From Octopus vulgaris (taxonomy: Eukaryota): a DNA stretch of 64,000 nt. The notes beneath the pieces are model-generated. The model was not told the origin of the DNA. It saw only the letters and a program-made list of their open reading frames with translations, and searched no databases. This document shows positions 57,018 to 64,000 of this stretch, one piece after another. The stretch is taken from contig OX597837.1 of the NCBI GenBank assembly GCA_951406725.2, forward strand, positions 40,672,001-40,736,000, read 5' to 3'. The first letter of the stretch is position 1, and the number at the start of each line of letters is the position of its first letter. The position numbers and the translations under genes are program-made.

Positions 57018-58592
57018 GACAGCATAATTTAATAGGTTAAATAACAAACAACGCAGTGGACAGTGTATTTTATTAGGCTATATAACAGTACAATGTACAG
57101 TGTAATTTAAAAGGTTAGGTACACCATGAATGACGGTGTAATTTAATAGATTAAAGAAGAACAGAACGGACAGTGTAATTTAATAGGTTAATTAACAACT
57201 CAGAGGATAGTGAAATTTAGTAGATTAAATAACAACACAGAGGACGGTGTAATGAAATATACTAATTAACAACAAAGAGGACAGTGTAATTTAATAGGTT
57301 CAATAACAAGGGAAAGTGTAATTTGATTGGTTGATAGCATCACTGAAGACAGTGTAATTTAATAGGTTAAATATGAACAGAATGGACAGTGTAATTTAAT
57401 AGGTTAAATAATAGCACAGTATATAGGGTAATTTAATAGGTTAAATAACAACACAGATGACAGTGTTATTTAATAGGTTAGTTAACAACTCAGAGGCTGG
57501 TGAAATTTAATAGATTAAATAACAACACAGAGGACGGTGTAACGTAATATACTAATTAACAACAAAGAGGACAGTGTGATTTAAGAGGTTCAATAACAAG
57601 GGAAAGTGTAATTTGATAGGTTGATAGCATCACAGAAGACAGTGTAATTTAATTGGTTAAAGAAGAATAGAATGGACAGTGTAATTTAATAGGTTAAATA
57701 ACATCATAGAAAACAGTAAAATTTAATAGGTTAAATAAAGGCACAGTATATAGGGTAATTTAATAGGTTAAATAACAACACAGATGACAATGTTATTTAA
57801 TAGGTTCATTAACAACTCAGAGGATAGTGAAATTTAATAGATTAAATGACAACACAGAGGACGGTGTAATGTAATATACTAATTAACAACAAAGAGGACA
57901 GTGTAATTTAAGAGGCTCAATAACAAGGGAAAGTGTAATTTGATAGGTTGATAGCATCACATAAGACAGTGTAATTTAATAGGTTAAAGAACAGAATGGA
58001 CAGTGTAATTTAATAGGTTAAAGAACAGAATGGACAGTGTAATTTAATAGGTTAAAGAAGAACAGAATGGACAGTGTAATTTAATAGGTTAAAGAAGAAA
58101 GAATGGACAGTGTAATTTAATAGGTTAAAGAACAGAATGGACAGTGTAATTTAATAGGTTAAAGAAGAAAGAATGGACAGTGTAATTTAATAGGTTAAAG
58201 AAGAACAGAATGGACAGTGTAATTTAATAGGTTAAAGAACAGAATGGACAGTGTAATTTAATAGGTTAAAGAACAGAATGGACAGTGTAATTTAATAGGT
58301 TAAAGAAGAAAGAATGGACAGTGTAATTTAATAGGTTAAAGAAGAAAGAATGGACAGTGTAATTTAATAGGTTAAAGAACAGAATGGACAGTGTAATTTA
58401 ATAGGTTAAAGAACAGAATGGACAGTGTAATTTAATAGGTTAAAGAAGAACAGAATGGACAGTGTAATTTAATAGGTTAAAGAACAGAATTGACAGTGTA
58501 GTTTAATAGGTTAAATAACATCATAGAAAACAGTAAAATTTAATAGGTTAAATAATAGCACAGTATATAGGGTAATTTAATAGGTTAAATAA
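57018..58592. repeat. Minisatellite with a 34-37 bp monomer (GACAGTGTAATTTAATAGGTTAAA + 10-13 nt) and higher-order repeats
   Basis: A variant block (CTCAGAGG..TGAAATTTA) recurs at about 57200, 57490 and 57817. A homogeneous run spans about 57965-58500. Confidence 0.95.
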
Positions 58593-59082
58593 AAACGGGT
58601 TTGGATTACTCAGTGTCGGATTTTCCCATCTCAGAGATTTGTTCCTTTATTTTCTGCTCCCTCCTAGCTAAAAATCGTGATATCCTTAATGGTAAAAAAT
58701 AAATTATCTACTGCAGTAGTCTCCCTTGAATGCAACCGACCTTTAAAGTATTGATTATGTCCCTTAGACGACGTTTCCATTTCTCCTATATCTATTTTGT
58801 TTTTGTTTGCTTTTATTTTTTGGGCTTCAGTCAATGGACTGCGGCCATGCTGGGGCACCGACTTGAAGAATTTTTAGTCGAATGAATTGACCCACCCCGC
58901 CCAGTATTTAGTCTTTTTGTGCTAATTCTACTTGTACTTACTCTATCGGTCGCTTCCGCCTAACCGCTATGTTACGGGGGCGTAAACACACCAAGACCGG
59001 TGTGTTTGGAGGGGGGTATAAAGACAGACACAAAGACACTCACACGCACACACACTCATTGTATATATATATATATATATAA

Positions 59083-59403
59083 GGAGCACTCCGTCGTTTA
59101 CGACGATGAGGGTCCCAGATAGTTCGATCAACAGGACAAGCTTGCTTGTCAAATAAACGTGCAAGTGGCTGAGTAATCCACAGACAGGTGTACCCTTAAC
59201 GTAGTTCTCGGGGATATTCCACATGACACAGAGTGTGACAAGGCTGGCCCTTTTTTTGAAATACAGGTACAACTCATTTTTGCCAGGTGAGTGGACAGGA
59301 ACAACGTAAAATGAAGTGTCTTGCTCAAGGACACAACGCGTCGCCGGGAATTGAACTCACGACCTTACAATCATGAGCCGAATGCCCCTAACCACGCGCC
59401 TTC
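59083..59403 (-). mobile_element. CORE-type SINE with the family B 3' tail
   Basis: tRNA-like head at 59340-59403, CORE CCTTGAGCAAGACACTTCATTTT, and a tail matching 32975-33150. Confidence 0.85.
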
Positions 59404-59444
59404 ACACACACACAGATATATATTATTTATTATTATTATACATA

Positions 59445-59493
<49 letters not shown>

Positions 59494-59496
<3 letters not shown>

Positions 59497-59764
59497 TAGT
59501 TTTATTTTTATTTTTATAGCGTGCTTTCACTTCACTACCGAGCGCAGCTCTGTGTGCCTTGGGTATGTGCTGTGATTTGTTGTGATGCTCTGATGGTTAT
59601 TGTATGGAAAGTGTTCTGCGTAGGATGTGTGCAGTGCCTAGTAGTGCAATTTTCTGTATGTTATATGTGTTTGTAAGTCCTGGTGTTTTTGTTATGTATT
59701 TGTCTGAATATTTTTTTATCATGCCTAATGCACCTACAATGATAGGAATTGTTTCTGTTTTCAG
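59494..59764 (-). mobile_element. R4/Dong-like (restriction-like endonuclease) LINE 3' end inserted in (TAA)n
   Basis: LKTETIPIIVGALGMIKK...IQKIALLGTAHILRRTLS is the R4-clade C-terminal signature. (ATT)n flanks both sides. Confidence 0.85.
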
Positions 59765-59844
<80 letters not shown>

Positions 59845-59964
59845 GTGTGTGTGTTGTGTGTATGAGCGTGTATGGAATAAGTACTAGTTGAAATTTACAG
59901 AAAAACAATAGACGAAGACTAAACAACAAACAAGTGTACTAGTTTGACGCTCGGGAAGCGAGAA

Positions 59965-60004
59965 AGGCTTTTACGTTTCGAACCTACGCTCTTCAACAGA
60001 GAGG
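59965..60004 (-). ncRNA. Second copy of the A6U hammerhead-like motif
   Basis: CUGUUGA-A-GAGC GUAG GUUC-GAA-ACGU-A-AAAG. Helix I is decayed. Confidence 0.45.
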
Positions 60005-60053
60005 AACACGAGAAAATAAACAGAGAGAATATATATATGCGTGTGTGTGTGTG

Positions 60054-60101
<48 letters not shown>

Positions 60102-60282
60102 GTGCAAAGGATCGTGGGTGGGGCTAAAACAATGCGAAGTAAATGCAAGGTAGATCACAAGGAAACAAATATATGAATTAATGTAGACTTACCTTATATT
60201 CAATATTTCGGGGTTATGACTCTATTTTCAAGCAATTGACAAATGTTGCCGATGTGCGTGTATACATACATATGTATATATG

Positions 60283-60367
<85 letters not shown>

Positions 60368-60376
60368 ATATGTATG

Positions 60377-60424
<48 letters not shown>

Positions 60425-60491
60425 CTTCCCGTTATATATATATATATATATATATATATAATCAAAATAAAAACATGATGCCAAGGATTCA

Positions 60492-60569
60492 GCGGTACAT
60501 ATGTTTCGGGCCTTTATTAGACGGATTTATAACAATGCATAATGCGTGTCTATGGCCTTCTTCAGCCGC
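60492..60569 (-). ncRNA. Type I hammerhead with intact core and extended helix II
   Basis: GCGG-CUGAAGA-A-GGCC A UAGAC...GUCUA AUAAA GGCC-C-GAA-ACAUAUGU-A-CCGC. Confidence 0.78.
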
Positions 60570-61336
60570 GCACAATTACTACCTCAAGGACATGTATTAC
60601 ATCAAAAATTCTACGTTGGCTATGCAAATCCTCTCATTCGCGTACGACATAATGCGGCAACAGCACAAAAATGAAGCATCCATCTCGTCCTTCTCTCAAT
60701 GTAGAATGAGGAAGTTTGGATGTTGAGGTAATATAAATAAATGAATAAATAAATATATACATATATAAATACAGACAGACGTGAAGGAACCTGGTAATAA
60801 GAGTAAATAGGGATAAAGATGGAGGTGCGAGAATTCAGGACGAAGGATAAAAAAATATAAAAATGTGAAAGATAAGAATATAAGTATAGAAATATAAAAA
60901 TATAGAGTATAAAGATATAAAGAGATATAAAAAAAGTATAAATGAATATAAAGATATAAAGTTATAAAAAATATTAAAAAAATTATCAGAAATATAAAGG
61001 ATATAAGAATATAGAAATGTAAAAGAATATAAGGATAAGGGATATAAAGTTGTTACGGACCAACATGGTGGTCAGGAAAATGACAAATTCTAGAAGCCGT
61101 GGGTGTCATAAATCAACCGGGGCGTCTGGGGACCTAGTGTATTGTAAATTAGAGTTGTCTGGTTAAACTGCTTATCTAGTTCCTCGTAACGTGTCAAGTG
61201 GTCAGCATGTACATACGTACACGCATGGATACATACACACATATACACGCGTACATATACGCACGCATACGCAACCACACGCATACAAGCATACATACGT
61301 ACTCTCGTGTAAACATGCAGATATATATGGAAAAAG

Positions 61337-61373
<37 letters not shown>

Positions 61374-61529
61374 TATAAGGTTCAGCTGTCACTAAAGTGA
61401 CGGATGTTGAGAGCCCTTTTCTAAGGCTGACGAGATACAGGTTCCTTCCCTACAACAGGTGCGACGGAGGCATATCAGCGCTCGTTTCAAATTTGATCAA
61501 TCTTTCACTTCACCGTTGTATAGTTCTCT

Positions 61530-61608
61530 ATAAGGCTGACAGGGTGACTTAGGGTCTTTAAACCTCGGTGTGGATTTCCACCCCGACATCCGAAACTCGG
61601 AGTTTTAT
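61530..61608 (+). ncRNA. Possible degenerate hammerhead in a Penelope-like repeat (about 61380-61712)
   Basis: CUGAC(-)A-GGGUG...CAUCC-GAA-ACUCGGAGU-U. One core base is missing and helix I is weak. Confidence 0.3.
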
Positions 61609-61728
61609 CTTGGCTACCGAATAATTGTCACATATTACATTTACAAATAAATTCCACTATTTACATAATATCGAGGTCTCTTTCATTCTTTTGTTTTCTT
61701 ACCATTTCTATCAATATATATATATATA

Positions 61729-61760
61729 TTGAGCCAAATTAACTAACTAACTAACTAACT

Positions 61761-61763
<3 letters not shown>
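61729..61763 (+). mobile_element. CR1 3' tail of about 35 bp (extreme 5' truncation)
   Basis: TTGAGCCAAATTAACTAACTAAC... is the reverse complement of about 26643-26673. Confidence 0.8.
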
Positions 61764-61836
<73 letters not shown>

Positions 61837-61941
61837 TATGTGTGTGTGTGTGTGTGTATGTATGTATACATACATGTATGGGAAGGTGTATATATTGCAT
61901 AAAATGTCATGGGTAAGGCCAGTAATTATTCCGTCTATATA

Positions 61942-61996
<55 letters not shown>

Positions 61997-62076
61997 TATT
62001 CCTGAGCGTTATACTAGTACATCTGTTTGTTTTGTACACCACCTGTCTTCGACTTTTGTTTTTTTCGTAAACTCTT

Positions 62077-62144
<68 letters not shown>

Positions 62145-62444
62145 CATATGTGTTTGCGTATATATATATATATATGTGTGTATATGTGTGTGTGTGTGTG
62201 TATGTGTGTGTAGGGGGAATGTGTTTCTATAAATATATATGTATGTATGTAAGTATGTATGTATGTATGTGTGTATGTATGTATGTATGTATGTGTGTAT
62301 ATGACTGACTGGCCCGTCGAAGACAACGTATGAGGAAATTGAAATGAAGTGTTTTGCTCAAGAACAAAATGCACCATCAGGTCTAGGAAATGAAATCCGG
62401 ACCACTGAGACATGCACCATCAAACACACACACATACACCTTCG

Positions 62445-62526
<82 letters not shown>

Positions 62527-62542
62527 CATATAGACACACATG

Positions 62543-62690
<148 letters not shown>

Positions 62691-63313
62691 GTGTGTCTAT
62701 ATGCATGTGGGTCTGTTTGTCCCCCGAACATCACTTGACAACCGATGGTAGTGTGTTTACGTTCCCGTAACTTAGTGCTTCGATAAAAGAGAACGATAAA
62801 ATAAGTACTAGGCTTACAAAGAATAAGTCCTGGGGTCGAGGTACTCGACCAAAGGCGGTGCTCCAGCATGACCACAGTTAAACGACCGAAAAAAAAAGTA
62901 AAAGAATAAAGATAGTATGTAGAATTCTTTTGCGTTCAAGGAAAGATTTCAGGGGAGATTACTCTGTTATATAAATGTTTAATTATTCCCCCTGAATTGC
63001 TCGCTTGGCTTCCAACTTCCTTTCTTGTTATAAGTGTCAATAGTTTTCTACCTTAATTAGTCGGAATTACTGCTGCTGGCGACGTCGTCCTAATCGTCAC
63101 TGCTATGGTAGTGGTTCTTAAAGATATTTACCTTCACGTTTTAAATCTGATCGGGTAGATCAAAAATAAAATCGTTTCCAGTCGTAACAATTCCGATATT
63201 GGTAAATAAAGAACTACCATATCCAACGTCACCTTGTCGCTGTGGGGACCTTTCCTCCCTATCTAGTCCTGGTGCCACAAATCTTCGATCAAAAATATCC
63301 CATCCGTGAGTAT

Positions 63314-63720
63314 AGGCGCAGGAGTGGCTGTGTGGTAAGTAGCTTGTTTACCAACCGCACGGTTCCGGGTTCAGTCCCACTGCGTGGCACCTTGTGCAAG
63401 TGTCTTCTACTATAGCCCCGGGCCGACCAAAGCCTTGTGAGTGGATTTGGTAGATGGAAACTGAAAGAAGCCCGTCGTATATATGTATATATATATATGT
63501 GTGTGTGTTTGTGTGTCTGTGTTTGGCCCCCTAGCATTGCTTGACAACCGATGCTGGTGTGTTTATGTCCCCGTCACTTAGCGGTTCGGCAAAAGAGACC
63601 GATAGAATAAGTACTGGGCTTACAAAATAATAAGTCCTGGGGTCGAGTTGCTCGATTAAAGGCGGTGCCCCAGCATGGTCGCAGTCAAATGACTGAAACA
63701 AGTAAAAGAGTAAAAGAGTA
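63314..63720 (+). mobile_element. SINE family A, full length
   Basis: Same architecture as 11317-11750. Confidence 0.92.
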
Positions 63721-64000
63721 TCCCATCGATGAGTAGGGTACAAATTTTCCTCCAGGAAAGTGAATCGCCTGCGAATTCCGTGGAATATTTTTAAAAATCG
63801 ATGTTTAATATGTATGTCATTTGACTGCTATTCTAGCAGAACTATCTTCGACGTAGATGATTCCCAATAGCAAAAGTTACTGCAGAACAGATATAGCGTA
63901 GAAAGTTGTGGGGTTGATTAAATAAGTACCAGTTACACACTGGAGTCGATGTAATCGACTTAATCCCTTTGTCTGACCTTGTTTGTCCCCTCTGTGTTTA

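Noticed and set aside
57018-58592. CRISPR-like appearance (constant 24-mer with variable linkers)
   Set aside because: The linkers are only 10-13 nt, are related to each other and are themselves repeated. There are no cas genes and the context is eukaryotic.

Overview
AT-rich eukaryotic non-coding DNA, either intergenic or within a large intron. The SINE families and the extreme (TA)n/(CA)n/(GATA)n/(TAA)n load point to an octopus genome, but this is an inference from repeat recognition. I can support no host protein-coding exon, and almost every ORF in the track is translated microsatellite. The recognisable coding remnants are all transposon-derived: two CR1-group LINE 3' ends, an R4/Dong-like 3' end in (TAA)n, an RTE-X 3' end, an internally deleted mariner and a Penelope-like GIY-YIG C-terminus. 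The window also holds several tRNA-derived SINE families, Helitron-like non-autonomous elements, tandem duplications and a 34-37 bp minisatellite with higher-order structure. The strongest signal is about 15 type I hammerhead-ribozyme-like motifs from roughly 11 sequence families. All have a very short helix III, usually self-complementary, and several sit in or beside long inverted repeats. This fits a dense population of non-autonomous Penelope-like or retrozyme-like elements, with unusual core variants (U3-A8, A6U, unpaired 10.1/11.1, long helix II). All folds were made by eye and none has been tested.
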